From an uncultured Planctomycetaceae bacterium (GTDB lineage Bacteria; Planctomycetota; Planctomycetia; Isosphaerales; Isosphaeraceae), in NCBI GenBank assembly GCA_963833985.1, contig CAWIAD010000001.1, forward strand, positions 1,184,001 through 1,248,000: DNA of 64,000 bases, written 5' to 3'. Each line of letters begins with the position of its first letter. The stretch's first letter is position 1. Both the position numbers and the translations under genes were made by a program. Positions 52,944 through 63,334 of this stretch are shown one piece after another. A model generated the notes under the pieces. That model saw only the letters and a list, made by a program, of their open reading frames with translations. It searched no databases and was not told where the DNA came from.

Positions 52944-53795
52944 ATGAAACGACTACGGATCATCCACGCCACCAAGTACTGCTACCACGAGCCGGTCCGG
53001 CTCGGTCCCCATCGCGCGATGGTGCGGCCGCGCGAGGGCTACGACCTGCATATCACCGGCTCGCGACTGGAGATCCAGCCCCAGGCGGAGGTGCGCTGGG
53101 TGCGGGATATTTACGGCAACTCGATCGCGATCATCACGTTTGCCGGGACGGCTTCCTGGTTGAGCTTGCACAGCGAGGTCGACGTCGACCTCTACGATGA
53201 GATTCCCATCGATTGCCTGATCGACCCGGCGGCCCTTTCCTATCCGTTCCAGTACAGCGCCGACGAGCAAGTGGAGATCATCCCTTACCGGGTTCCCAGC
53301 TATCCTCACGACGGCCCATCCGTGCAGGAATGGCTGCTGGATCTGTATCGGCCTGGACAGCTCGTGGGCACCTCGGAGCTGCTGAACCGGTTGAACAGCC
53401 GGATCCATGACTCCTTCCGGTACAACGTCCGGTACGATCCGGGTGTGCAGCTACCCTGCCAGACCCTGGCGCTGGGCAGTGGTTCGTGTCGCGACTATGC
53501 CGTGTTCATGATGGAGGCCGCCCGGCACTGGGGGTTCGCGGCGCGCTTCGTCACCGGCTACATCCAGATGGCCGAGGGCCAGCACGGTGCCACGCACGCC
53601 TGGACCGAGATCTACCTCCCCGGCGCGGGGTGGCGCGGGTTCGACCCCACGAACAGCAAGCTCGCCGGATCCGAGCACGTCTCCGTCGCGGTCGCACGTG
53701 AGCAGGACAAGGCCATACCCATTTCCGGGTCGTGGGAGGGTCCACCCAACGCCTGGGACCGGATGGAGGTGTCGGTGCAGGTCGTGGCGCTGTGA
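52944..53795 (+). CDS. Transglutaminase family protein
   Basis: GSCRDYA; ARFVTGY; THAWTEIYLPGAGWRGFDPTN. Confidence 0.92.
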   Translation: MKRLRIIHATKYCYHEPVRLGPHRAMVRPREGYDLHITGSRLEIQPQAEVRWVRDIYGNSIAIITFAGTASWLSLHSEVDVDLYDEIPIDCLIDPAALSYPFQYSADEQVEIIPYRVPSYPHDGPSVQEWLLDLYRPGQLVGTSELLNRLNSRIHDSFRYNVRYDPGVQLPCQTLALGSGSCRDYAVFMMEAARHWGFAARFVTGYIQMAEGQHGATHAWTEIYLPGAGWRGFDPTNSKLAGSEHVSVAVAREQDKAIPISGSWEGPPNAWDRMEVSVQVVAL

Positions 53796-53839
53796 TGATC
53801 CAGCCAGAGCGGTTTTCACTCGGATCGCAGACTGAGACC

Positions 53840-53946
53840 GGGGGGCAGACATTCCTGCCTGCCCGAGCAGGCTTGCCCTGGCAGACAGGAATGTCTGCCC
53901 CCCTTTGAATGAATCAGAAACCGCCTGCAATGCGTCAGAAAACCGC
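53840..53946 (-). repeat. REP/MITE-like element, copy 2 (complete hairpin doublet)
   Basis: GGGGGCAGACATTCCTGCCTGCC...GGCAGACAGGAATGTCTGCCCCC between convergent genes. Confidence 0.75.
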
Positions 53947-53947
53947 G

Positions 53948-54730
53948 CTAGGCTGGACTGACCCGGCCGGCGGCAAGTTCGCGGGCCCACGCCGCATCTT
54001 CCTCGTTCAGGGGCGGGTCGGGCTCTTCATCGAAGATCGAGAATGCAAAGCCGCCCTCGTCGTAGACCCGGGTAAGCATGGCCTGAAGGTCCAGGGCGGC
54101 ACCCGGCTGGGCGGCATGAAGAGGCACGGGAATCATGGGCAGGCGATCACGCAGCAGGATCGGCCAGAAATCGGCCCGCGGACGGTTCTCGCTTCGGCTG
54201 ACCAGAACGCTGTAAGTACACGCGGGCCGGGGAGAGTCCGTGGGTAATGGCGCGGGACACCGCAAGAGATCGATCTCGACCAGGTTTGCAGGGCTCGTCA
54301 GGATCTCGGCCCGCTTCGCCAGGTATTGCTCGCAATCCGATCCGGGCCGCTTGTTCGATGGGCTGAGTAATTCGATGACCGTGATGAGCCGCCGATGGCG
54401 GCGGTCGCGGATCTCGATGGAGCGTTGCCGCTCGACGTCCACGGCGGGAAGCAAAACCTGGACAGGTGCCCGGAGGACGGCGGAAGCGGACGGATTCAAA
54501 CTTCCCGGCCAGGATCCGGGTGCGATGGCGACGTCGGCTCGGCCCAGAGATCCCCGTGCCTCCGCCGACTGCTCATGGATGTAGAGCTGCTCCTCCATCA
54601 GCACGATGTACGCTGGCGTGACCTGCGGCACAAGTTGCACCACGATGGCCGCGAGCGCTTGACCGTGAAAACCGTGCCAGACACCGGGATGTTCCAGGTA
54701 AGGATCCATCCCGGGAAAAGGGGACGGCAT
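53948..54730 (-). CDS. DUF4058 family protein
   Basis: MPSPFPGMDPYLE; IELLSPSNK; LVEIDLLR. Confidence 0.88.
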   Translation of the reverse strand: MPSPFPGMDPYLEHPGVWHGFHGQALAAIVVQLVPQVTPAYIVLMEEQLYIHEQSAEARGSLGRADVAIAPGSWPGSLNPSASAVLRAPVQVLLPAVDVERQRSIEIRDRRHRRLITVIELLSPSNKRPGSDCEQYLAKRAEILTSPANLVEIDLLRCPAPLPTDSPRPACTYSVLVSRSENRPRADFWPILLRDRLPMIPVPLHAAQPGAALDLQAMLTRVYDEGGFAFSIFDEEPDPPLNEEDAAWARELAAGRVSPA

Positions 54731-54754
54731 GTACGAGTTCTCCGGACCGGGCGA

Positions 54755-55834
54755 TCAAAGGTACTCGCCGTACCCTTTTTCCGCCAGGCTCTCCACCAGC
54801 CCCTTGAGCTTGTCCATCTGATCGCGGCGAGCCACCAGCGTGGCCTGGCCCGACTGCACGATCACCACGTCCTCGAGGCCCAGGGTGGCGATCAGGCCGC
54901 CATCGTCGCCGATGATGATCGAGTTCGAGGTCTCGCGGGCCAGCACGTTTCCCTGTGTGGCGTTGCCCCGGGAATCATGCGGGATGAGGCTGGCGAGCGA
55001 TCGCCAGTCGCCCACATCGTTCCAGTCGTACTGGACCTCGAGAACGCGGACGTTGGCGGCCTTTTCCATCACCGCCTTGTCGATGGGTGCGCGCTCCATG
55101 AGAGGATACTCGCGGGTGATCGTGTCGAGCTCCTCGGCGGTCCCCAGGGTGCGGCCGACGCGTGCGAGGCGCTCCGCGAGCTGGGGACGATGCTTCTGTA
55201 ACTCGTCCAGGATCGTGCGGGCCTTCCACAGGAAGATGCCGGAGTTCCAGGCGAAGTTGCCGGCCGCCAGGAACCGCTCGGCCGTGGGGCCGTCGGGCTT
55301 CTCGCGGAACTGGGCCACGCGGTTGACCGCGATCCCGTCACGGGTTTCCAGCAGCTCCCCGCGCTCGATGTAGCCGTAGCCGGTTTCCGGCCGGGTGGGC
55401 TTGATGCCGAAGGTGATGAGCGTGGTGGGGTCGTCCTCGATCACCGCGGCCGCGGCACGCGCGGTGGCCAGAAAGACCCCGGCCGGCTCAATCACGTGGT
55501 CAGCAGGCATGACCATCATGGTCGCGTCGGGATCGCGCGTGTGGACGATCCAGGCGGCCAGACCCACGCAGGCGGCCGTGTCGCGCGGGCAGGGCTCGGC
55601 CACGATGTTCTGCTCGGGAAGGTCGGGAAGCTGCGCGCGGGTGGCCTGTGCCTGGTCCGCTCCGGTGATGATGAGGATGCGCTCGGCGGGCACCAGCGGC
55701 TCGATCCTGGCCGCGGTTTGCTGGAGCATGGTGGCGTCGCCGAAGAGAGTCAGCAGTTGCTTGGGCCGGTCGCGCCGGCTCTTGGGCCAGAACCGTGTGC
55801 CACTTCCTCCCGCCATGATGATCGCGTACAGCAT
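54755..55834 (-). CDS. Mannose-1-phosphate guanylyltransferase
   Basis: MAGGSGTRFWPKSR; PADH; TGYGYI; FREKP; WNDVGDW. Confidence 0.92.
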   Translation of the reverse strand: MLYAIIMAGGSGTRFWPKSRRDRPKQLLTLFGDATMLQQTAARIEPLVPAERILIITGADQAQATRAQLPDLPEQNIVAEPCPRDTAACVGLAAWIVHTRDPDATMMVMPADHVIEPAGVFLATARAAAAVIEDDPTTLITFGIKPTRPETGYGYIERGELLETRDGIAVNRVAQFREKPDGPTAERFLAAGNFAWNSGIFLWKARTILDELQKHRPQLAERLARVGRTLGTAEELDTITREYPLMERAPIDKAVMEKAANVRVLEVQYDWNDVGDWRSLASLIPHDSRGNATQGNVLARETSNSIIIGDDGGLIATLGLEDVVIVQSGQATLVARRDQMDKLKGLVESLAEKGYGEYL

Positions 55835-55908
55835 GTGAGCTCCCTGCTTCTCGCACTCGCCACAAAGCGGCGCGTGCAATGAAAGTCATTTTCCATGGTT
55901 TCTTCCGG

Positions 55909-57333
55909 CTAGCGCAGGTAGATCGGCCGCTCGACGACCAGCCCCGGATCGATCCTGGCCTTCAGCTCCTGGGCGTCCAGCGCGAAGAGCGGGCTGATCT
56001 CGATGGCGAAGGGAATCGAGCCGTCGGGCCGGCGTGGAACGGTGGCCCCGGCTTGCTCGAGCCAGCCGGCAAACAGGTCGCTCATGCGCTGGTGCACCGT
56101 CGCGGGACTGTCCGGGCCGACCGCGTTCTTGAGCGGCTCGAACTCCGTGGCACGGTCGGTCTCGACAATCGCCCAGCGGCGCGCCTGGGGCAGGGCGTCG
56201 AAGATGAACTGCTCGAACTTGATCGCGTTGGGCTCGGCAGGCTTGACCGTCTCGCCACTCTCATTCACATACGGCACCTTCTTGACGGCCCGATGAAACG
56301 GCAACTGATGGTCGCCGACGATGCGCTCGATGAACGACCGCTCGAAAAGGTGAATGGCGATGCTGCCCGCCGAGAGCATGAGACCTCCGTCGGGATTGCG
56401 CAGGCCCGCCAGCTCGGGGGGCAGGTCGGAATACTCGATCACCTGCGGGACACCGTCGATCGTCACCACGACGCCGAGCTTCTCATCGGGGGAGAGCCGC
56501 TCGATGACCTTGAAGGACATCTCGGCCCCGGCCTGACGGTGCAGGCCCAGGAACTCCGGATCGGCAAGCTGGACCAGCGGGTTATCCACCTGGAAGTAGA
56601 AGAGCGATTCAATGCCGCGATCGCGCATCTCATCCAGGCAACCGGGCGCGCCGTCCGGACCCTGAGCGGCGAGCGCGGCGAGCGTGCCGCCATGGCCGTC
56701 CGGGCTGAGCGCGACCTTGTCCCTGGCCGCCAGCAATACTTTCCCGGTGGCCCTGTCGACCGCCGGCATCTGCCCCTGCGTGAAGAACCGCACGTGATCG
56801 AGCCCGAACCGGCCGTGCGCCTCGAAGAAGGCCATCGTCGCGGCGTGGTTGTCCGGGCTGGTCATGACGTAGAGCGGCAGCGGGCGGCCATGGCGGCGCC
56901 CAGCGCCACGATCTTCTCTGCGTGAATCTGGAACAGGCTGGCGGAGGAAACCGGGCCGATGGGGAAGGTCCCCTTCGGGCCGTCGAAGCCAAGCCGGGTG
57001 CCCGCGCCGCCGGCGACGACGACCAGCCCCACCTTGCCGGCCGCCAGCATCTCGGCGCCGATTTCGTGAGCCCGGCGGCAGGCCATCCGCTGGCTATCGG
57101 TCTGGGGGAGGCGCGTCACGTCGATGGGCCGGACGCGGCCGGGCTCGAGGGCTGGGGTGCTTTCCTCGGCAACCAGCTCGCGAACCAGGCGGCTCAACCG
57201 CTCGAAGATCGATCGCCGCGATCTCGGCCTGGAGCCGCTCCTGCTGGTCCGGGGCAAGCTCGGCCCACCAGGCGAGGAGCTGTTGCTGGCCGCAGCGCTC
57301 CAGGCGTTCCAGTAAGGCAGGGTCGGGAGACAT
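55909..57333 (-). pseudogene. UDP-N-acetylglucosamine pyrophosphorylase (UDPGP type 1 family) with two frameshifts, likely assembly errors
   Basis: AGGAGTRLGFDGPKG; PDGHGG; QVDNPL; VIEYSDL; KFEQFIFD; spread over three frames. Confidence 0.85.
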
Positions 57334-57466
57334 GGCGTCGTACACTCCTCACGGCTCGAAACGCCGGACCAGGGCTGCTGGGTCGGGCACTCAGGTAGTC
57401 GGCCAGGGGGGCTCTTCGTCGCTCGATCTCTGGCCGGGAACTCCGTGCACTGTATCCACCTGGACG

Positions 57467-58266
57467 TTAGAATTCCACGGCCAGCCCATCGTAGGCCAGT
57501 CGGACGTTCGCCGGCAGCGCGGCCTCGGTGGAAGCATGATCCAGATCGTGTGAGAGGTGCGTGAAGAAGGTGCGCCCGGCTTCAGCCGCTCGACCACCTC
57601 GAGAGCCTCCCGGAGCGAGAAATGCGTCGGATGCGGGTCAATCCGCAGCGCGTCGAGTACCAGCGTCTCCAGGTTCTCCAGCAGGGTCCAGCTCGCCTCG
57701 GGTATCCGGTTCACGTCGGTGCAGTAGGCCAGGCTGCCCACGCGGAACCCGAGTACGGAGAACGGCCCGTGATCCAGCCGGATCGGCAGCACGCGCTGCC
57801 CCAGGACCTCGAACGGCACGCCCGGCTCAACCCGCACGAACTGGATCTTGGGCACAAACCCGGGCGGCCAATCCTTGGTGGCGTCCTTGAATGCGTAGGC
57901 GAACACCCGCTTGATGCACTCCTCGGTCTGCGCCTCGCAGAAAACGGGAACCGGGCCGCCAATCCAGCGCGGGAAAAGTCGCGCGTCATCCAGGCCGAAG
58001 AGATGGTCGGCATGGTGATGCGTGAAGGCGATCGCGTGCACGCGCCGGACCTGCTCGCGGAGCAACTGCACGCGCATCTCCGGCGTGGTGTCGATGAGCA
58101 AGTTGCCGGCCGGAAACGCCATGAGCACGCTTGGCCGGGTGCGCTGGTTGCGCGGATCGCTTGACGTGCAGACCGGGCAATCACATCCCAGTACCGGAAC
58201 TCCCGTGGATGTGCCCGTGCCCAGGAAGATCAAGCGCCGCGGTCCATGTGATGGACTCTCGATCAA
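57467..58266 (-). CDS. MBL-fold metallo-hydrolase (PhnP-like), frameshifted near 57580
   Basis: FLGTGTSTGVP; THHHADH; YCTDV; C-terminus FTHLSHDLD...LAYDGLAVEF* in a shifted frame. Confidence 0.85.
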
Positions 58267-58395
58267 CTGTCATGGCCTCCAGGACGCGAACAAGCCGCGC
58301 CGGCGCTGCGGCTTCCGACATACCTGATCGCCGCGCGGCTTCCCATGCGACGAGTGTACGAAAAAATGCCGCCCGGCGACAGCAGCGCGGATCCT

Positions 58396-58486
58396 GCCCG
58401 GCCGCGGCTCCGCTCCAGCCCTTGCCGCGGCTCCGTTCCAGCCCTTGCCGCGGCTCGGTTCCGGCCCTTGCCGCGGCTCCGTTCCA
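58396..58486. repeat. Four tandem copies of a 23-bp unit (GCCCTTGCCGCGGCTCCGTTCCA)
   Basis: Units at 58396 (22 bp, degenerate), 58418, 58441 and 58464. Confidence 0.85.
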
Positions 58487-58492
58487 TCCCGG

Positions 58493-60043
58493 TCACGGTC
58501 TGGTCACGACCACGATCTTCTGGAATTTGACGCTCGGCAACGAGGTGTTGGGGGCCAGATGCGGATCGACCGTAACGAACGTGACCGTCGGTCCCTTTCC
58601 CGGCGCGTCCTGGCCCAGCAGGGCGGCCTTGCGGGTGATGTCCAGAGTGACGTTGTGCGGCCGATGGCGCTGACCGTGGGCCGCCGAGCTTGGCAGCAGG
58701 TGGATGGTTCCCACGAAATTCGGCCCCAGCATGTCCTTTGCCGTTGCATCGGGCTTGTTCAAGAACACGTGCAGGATGACCGGCACGTCGTGCGGCGCAG
58801 TCCAGGCCCTCGATGCGGAGCTGAACCTTGGGGTGGTGCCTGGCCGGCTCGGCAGCCGCCGTGGCCACGGCCGCGCTGCGCGCTGGCGCATGGCATCGGG
58901 AACCGGCAGGCCGACCAGCGACCTCGACGCGCCCCCCACCGCGATCTCCTGCGGTTGGGCGACGAGGGTGAAGGTCTGCTGCGGAGGCTGATAGTTGCCG
59001 GCCATGTGCGTCAAAGCGTCCTGGACCGTCACGCTGCACGGGCTGCCATTCTCATCCCAGAAATTGAACCACTGCGCGTACCAGAGGCTCGTGGCCGCCG
59101 GCAGCGTCGGGTTCTGCCCCAGCCAGAGCGTGAACTGGCGATCGACGTTGGCGTGGTGCAGGAAGAAGAGTAAATCGCGTGCCGCAGTCGTCAGGTTGCC
59201 CATGTCGGCCCAGGGCGATTGCGTGCTGCCGGTCCAGGTGTGAATACAATTATGCGGGTTCTGCTCCAGCTCACCGGCCCCGCGGCCGTTCGGATCGCCG
59301 GGCTCCGAACCGCAGAAATCAGTGAAATCGTCAGCCATGAGCTGGCTCAGGTAACCGGCGCTCGTGTAGTACGACGCGCCCGTCTGGAGCGGGTCTTCAT
59401 TCAGCGTGCTCATCGGCCCGGGCGTGCGATTCTCGTCGTACAGGGGACTCGTCGTGTCAAAGAACGGGCTGGCCTGACCCTGCGCCTGAAGCACGCGCGT
59501 GCCCGGCACCGACGGGTGATTCGACCAGTCCCAGTAGGGCAGGGCGAACGCCGCCGGGTTGCCGCTGAGCCTGGCGAGGATGCGCTCGTAAAAGAAGAGA
59601 TAGCAGCGGTGCCAGACGGTGAAGAACCAGCTATGGTGCACCTCCAGCTGATTGCCCCCGCAGTGCGCGGCGTGAATGCCCGCCTGGCTCAGCCACGATC
59701 GAGGATCGTTCGGGGGCAACTGCTTGAGCTGGCCGTACGCGGTGACCAGCAGGTTCAGGTCATCGGCCGTGTAGTCGTAGAAGCTCTTGCGCCGGGGCAT
59801 CGTCACGCGCTGGAACGAGAAGGGCGGCGCCTGGGCTTCTGCCTGCGGCATGAGCCCAGCCGCGGCATGGCCGTACGGCTGAACGGCGGGACCGGGGTGG
59901 CCGCCACTGCTCGCGGGATGCTGTGCCGCCGTCCGGGCCGTCAGCCCCAGCCCTCCGGCCGCGATGCTGGTGCGCAGCAGGAACGTCCGGCGATGAAGCT
60001 CGTGCTCCTGGTCCAGGCTGGGATGGCGGACGCGATGGCTCAC
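58493..60043 (-). CDS. Tat-exported tyrosinase/polyphenol oxidase
   Basis: RRTFLL Tat motif; CuA HAAHC...VHHSWFFTVWHR; PYWDW; CuB PHNCIH...FFLHHANVDR. Confidence 0.88.
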   Translation of the reverse strand: MSHRVRHPSLDQEHELHRRTFLLRTSIAAGGLGLTARTAAQHPASSGGHPGPAVQPYGHAAAGLMPQAEAQAPPFSFQRVTMPRRKSFYDYTADDLNLLVTAYGQLKQLPPNDPRSWLSQAGIHAAHCGGNQLEVHHSWFFTVWHRCYLFFYERILARLSGNPAAFALPYWDWSNHPSVPGTRVLQAQGQASPFFDTTSPLYDENRTPGPMSTLNEDPLQTGASYYTSAGYLSQLMADDFTDFCGSEPGDPNGRGAGELEQNPHNCIHTWTGSTQSPWADMGNLTTAARDLLFFLHHANVDRQFTLWLGQNPTLPAATSLWYAQWFNFWDENGSPCSVTVQDALTHMAGNYQPPQQTFTLVAQPQEIAVGGASRSLVGLPVPDAMRQRAARPWPRRLPSRPGTTPRFSSASRAWTAPHDVPVILHVFLNKPDATAKDMLGPNFVGTIHLLPSSAAHGQRHRPHNVTLDITRKAALLGQDAPGKGPTVTFVTVDPHLAPNTSLPSVKFQKIVVVTRP

Positions 60044-60290
60044 GGGTGCGCTCCTTCTTGAGAGACCGGAGATGGGCTTGCAAGGGCCGTACTGGCCAGA
60101 GTATTGATCATCAACCACGCTCCCTCACCGAAGCCGGCAGCCCCGGGGAAGCCGATCTCCCGGAGAACCGCCGTGATTTGTGCGCGCGTTTCGGCGAAGA
60201 TGAGCCGGTCGGGTGCTCCAGCCGGTACACAGGGCGACCCGGGCGCACGTTGGACATCAGGCATCGGCGGTCATCGAAACGAGGGATGAG

Positions 60291-61055
60291 GTGAGAGAAT
60301 CAATCTCGCGCAGGATGTGGATTGGCCGGACCGGCATCGTCGCCAGCGCCTCCGCTCTGGCCGCGCCGAGCGCAGGCCTGCACGCCGATGAGCCGGCGGC
60401 ACCGCAACGGAAGCTCAAGGTCGTGGTCACAGGCGGCCACCCGGGCGATCCGGAGTACGGTTGTGGGGGCACTGTCGCCCGCTACGCCGAACTGGGTCAC
60501 GAGGTGGTGCTGCTGTACCTGAACCGCGGCGAGTGGCCTCCCAGTGACGACCCGCGGGCGGGTGCGGCGCGCATGGGCGAAGCCAGGAAGGCGTGTGAGA
60601 TTCTCAAGGCGCGGCCGCTCGACGCGGGGCACCGGAACAGCCAGGCCATCGTCGATCGGGCCCATTATGATGCGTTCCGGAAACTCGTCGAGGCCGAGCG
60701 GCCCGACGTGCTGTTCACGCACTGGCCGATCGACAACCACGCCGATCATCGTGCCATCTCGATCCTGGCGTACGACGCCTGGATTCGCCTGGGCAAGAAA
60801 TTCGCCTTCTACTACTACGAGGTCTCCAGCGGCGAGGACACCCTCCAGTTCACGCCGACACACTACGTGGACATCACGCGGACCGAGCCGCTGAAGCGCC
60901 GGGCGTGCTACGCCCACGCCAGCCAGAGCCCGGACAAGTATTACGGGCTCCAGGAGCTGGTGATGAAGATGCGCGGGGTCGAGAGCGGCCACCAGCGGGC
61001 CGAGGCCTTCATCCGCCACGTTCAGAGCCCGGACTTCGGGCTGCCGGGTGCGTGA
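60291..61055 (+). CDS. PIG-L family deacetylase
   Basis: GGHPGDPEYGCGG; HADH; HASQ. Confidence 0.85.
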   Translation: MRESISRRMWIGRTGIVASASALAAPSAGLHADEPAAPQRKLKVVVTGGHPGDPEYGCGGTVARYAELGHEVVLLYLNRGEWPPSDDPRAGAARMGEARKACEILKARPLDAGHRNSQAIVDRAHYDAFRKLVEAERPDVLFTHWPIDNHADHRAISILAYDAWIRLGKKFAFYYYEVSSGEDTLQFTPTHYVDITRTEPLKRRACYAHASQSPDKYYGLQELVMKMRGVESGHQRAEAFIRHVQSPDFGLPGA

Positions 61056-61232
61056 GACCGCTACCGACGCATTCTCCTCGACCAGGTCCCGTCAGCGCCG
61101 CCCGAGTTCACCCCCTTGCCATGGCCGGGATGCCGGCCTCCGCGCGCCGGATCCGACCCGATCGGATCCCTCACCGGATCGGCGCTTTTGGGGACCCGTG
61201 AACGGTCACCCGTTGACCGGCCCGACCAATTA

Positions 61233-61256
61233 TGGATAATCGGACGCGGTTATCCA
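61233..61256. promoter_or_regulatory. Palindrome over a putative -10 upstream of hcp
   Basis: TGGATAATCG-GACG-CGGTTATCCA; TTGACC at 61213 and GATAAT at 61235. Confidence 0.45.
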
Positions 61257-61335
61257 CTTTTAGCTCCGGCCGTGGCGAATTGGGTGTCCCGGCGTGACAC
61301 GGAGCGATCCGGAGGGGGCCGGGGAGCGAGCTGCC

Positions 61336-62625
61336 ATGTTCTGTAATCAATGCGAGCAGACGTCGAAGGGGACAGGCTGCGTGATCAGTCCGGGTGTTTG
61401 CGGCAAGGACGAGGACGTCCAGTCGGTGCAGGAGCTGATTCTGTACGGGCTCAAGGGCATGGCCGCGTATGCGAGCCATGCGCGCCGGCTGGGCAAGTCG
61501 GACGAATCGGTGAGCGCTTATATCGAGGAAGCGCTTTTCGCGACGATGACCAACGTCAACTTCGACCTCGACAGCCTGCTCGAGATTGCACTCGAGCTGG
61601 GCCGCAAGAACCTGCGGGTGATGGAGCTGCTGGATGCCGGCCACGTCGAGCAGTTCGGCAAGCCCGAGCCGGTCGATGTGCAGCTTGGCACCAGGAAGGG
61701 TCCCGGAATCCTGATGACGGGGCACGACCTGGCGGACCTCCGTGACCTGCTTGCCCAGGTGGAGGGAACCGACATCAGCGTTTACACGCACGGCGAGATG
61801 TTACCGGCGCACATGTATCCGAACCTGAGAAACCATCCCAACCTGGCCGGTCATTACGGCGGTGCCTGGCAAAAGCAGAAGTTCGAGTTCGCGGCCTTCC
61901 CGGGGCCGGTCGTGGCGACCACGAATTGCATCCTGATCCCGCGCGAGTCGTACGCGGGCCGCCTCTTCACGACCCGGTTCACGGCCGTGCCGGGCGGGGA
62001 ACGGTTGACCGATGGCAACTTCGCGCCTGTGGTCGCCAGCGCGCGGCAGTGCTTGCCGCTGGTGGACGACCTGCGGGGAACGCTCCGGGTGGGCTACCAT
62101 CGAAGCGTGCTGCTGGATATGGCCGGCACGATCGTCGAGGCGGTGCAGCAGGGCAAGATCCGCCACTTCTTCGTGATTGGCGGCTGCGACGGGGCCGAGC
62201 CGGGGCGCAACTATTTCAGCGATTACGCCCGCGCCACACCGCCTGATTCGTTCATCCTGACGCTGGGATGCGGCAAGTTCCGGCTCCACGGCCATGATTA
62301 CGGCGAGCACCTGGGACTGCCCCGGCTCATGGATATGGGCCAGTGCAACGACGCCTACGGCGCCATCCAGGTGGCTCTGGCGCTCGCAAACGCCTTCCAT
62401 TGTGGCGTCAACGAATTACCGCTCACCCTGGTGATCAGCTGGTTCGAGCAGAAGGCCGTCGCCGTGCTCTTGACCTTGCTTGCGCTCGGTGTGAAGGGAA
62501 TCACGATCGGTCCCAACCCGCCAGGATTCGTGACACCTCGAGTCTTCCAGATCCTTCAGGAGCAGTTCGATCTCCGCCTCACCGGCCACGACGCCGAGGC
62601 CGACCTAGCACTGGCATTGGCGTGA
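61336..62625 (+). CDS. hcp: Hybrid cluster protein (hydroxylamine reductase), short form
   Basis: MFCNQCEQT...GVCGK; TGHDL; YTHGEMLP; GGCDG; GQCNDAY; SWFEQKA. Confidence 0.95.
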   Translation: MFCNQCEQTSKGTGCVISPGVCGKDEDVQSVQELILYGLKGMAAYASHARRLGKSDESVSAYIEEALFATMTNVNFDLDSLLEIALELGRKNLRVMELLDAGHVEQFGKPEPVDVQLGTRKGPGILMTGHDLADLRDLLAQVEGTDISVYTHGEMLPAHMYPNLRNHPNLAGHYGGAWQKQKFEFAAFPGPVVATTNCILIPRESYAGRLFTTRFTAVPGGERLTDGNFAPVVASARQCLPLVDDLRGTLRVGYHRSVLLDMAGTIVEAVQQGKIRHFFVIGGCDGAEPGRNYFSDYARATPPDSFILTLGCGKFRLHGHDYGEHLGLPRLMDMGQCNDAYGAIQVALALANAFHCGVNELPLTLVISWFEQKAVAVLLTLLALGVKGITIGPNPPGFVTPRVFQILQEQFDLRLTGHDAEADLALALA

Positions 62626-62860
62626 TCTGCCTTTGATTCTTACCATCCCGAACATCAGCCTCTCGATGGTATGATGATTCTCGGTCGGTCATGACCGTCG
62701 CGAACGTGGCTTGCCGACAGGTATTGATATCTGGCAACGGCACGATCTCGATGCACGAAACATCCAGATTCCGAGGGAAGACCAATTCGACCCCGGGGCC
62801 GGCCTCGAAGAGGCTCATCGAGGCCTGGCCCAAACTCACCAAAGAAATCCGGGATCTTCC

Positions 62861-63298
62861 ATGAATGAGCTACTGTCATTTCAGAACCGAATTCAGCGCG
62901 CACTTGAGCCAGACAGGCGTCCGGTCGTCGGCATGGCCAATCAACTTCTGGACATATGCCAGGAGCATGGTCTGCGTCTCGACTGGCAAGACGATCGGTG
63001 CTTTGTTCGTCCTGTCCCGGCTGGACCCCAGGAAGCAACGGTGATCACTCTGCCGAAATCCGTCTTGCGGGGGTTGCTGGCACGGATGGCCGCTCTTTGT
63101 AACGAGGAATCGCCCGGCTCCGTCTCACCGTACGGCGGCGAGGGCCAGTTTCGTATTGGCCGGGACGCTTCATCCGAATTTCGCGTGTCGTTCACGAACA
63201 CAGCAGACCAGATAGCCCTGGAAGTGAGACGCCTGATCCACGAAGGTGCAGCGATACCAGGCGATCCGGCTGCCCCTGGTTCAACTCTCCCAGAGTGA
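62861..63298 (+). CDS. Hypothetical protein
   Basis: 145-aa ORF from ATG 62861; no family recognised with confidence. Confidence 0.5.
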   Translation: MNELLSFQNRIQRALEPDRRPVVGMANQLLDICQEHGLRLDWQDDRCFVRPVPAGPQEATVITLPKSVLRGLLARMAALCNEESPGSVSPYGGEGQFRIGRDASSEFRVSFTNTADQIALEVRRLIHEGAAIPGDPAAPGSTLPE

Positions 63299-63334
63299 AT
63301 CAGGATCAGCGCTCCCTTCGTATGGAGCGACCCC

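Noticed and set aside
58396..58486. Second small CRISPR array
   Set aside because: The units are contiguous with no unique spacers and do not resemble the repeat.
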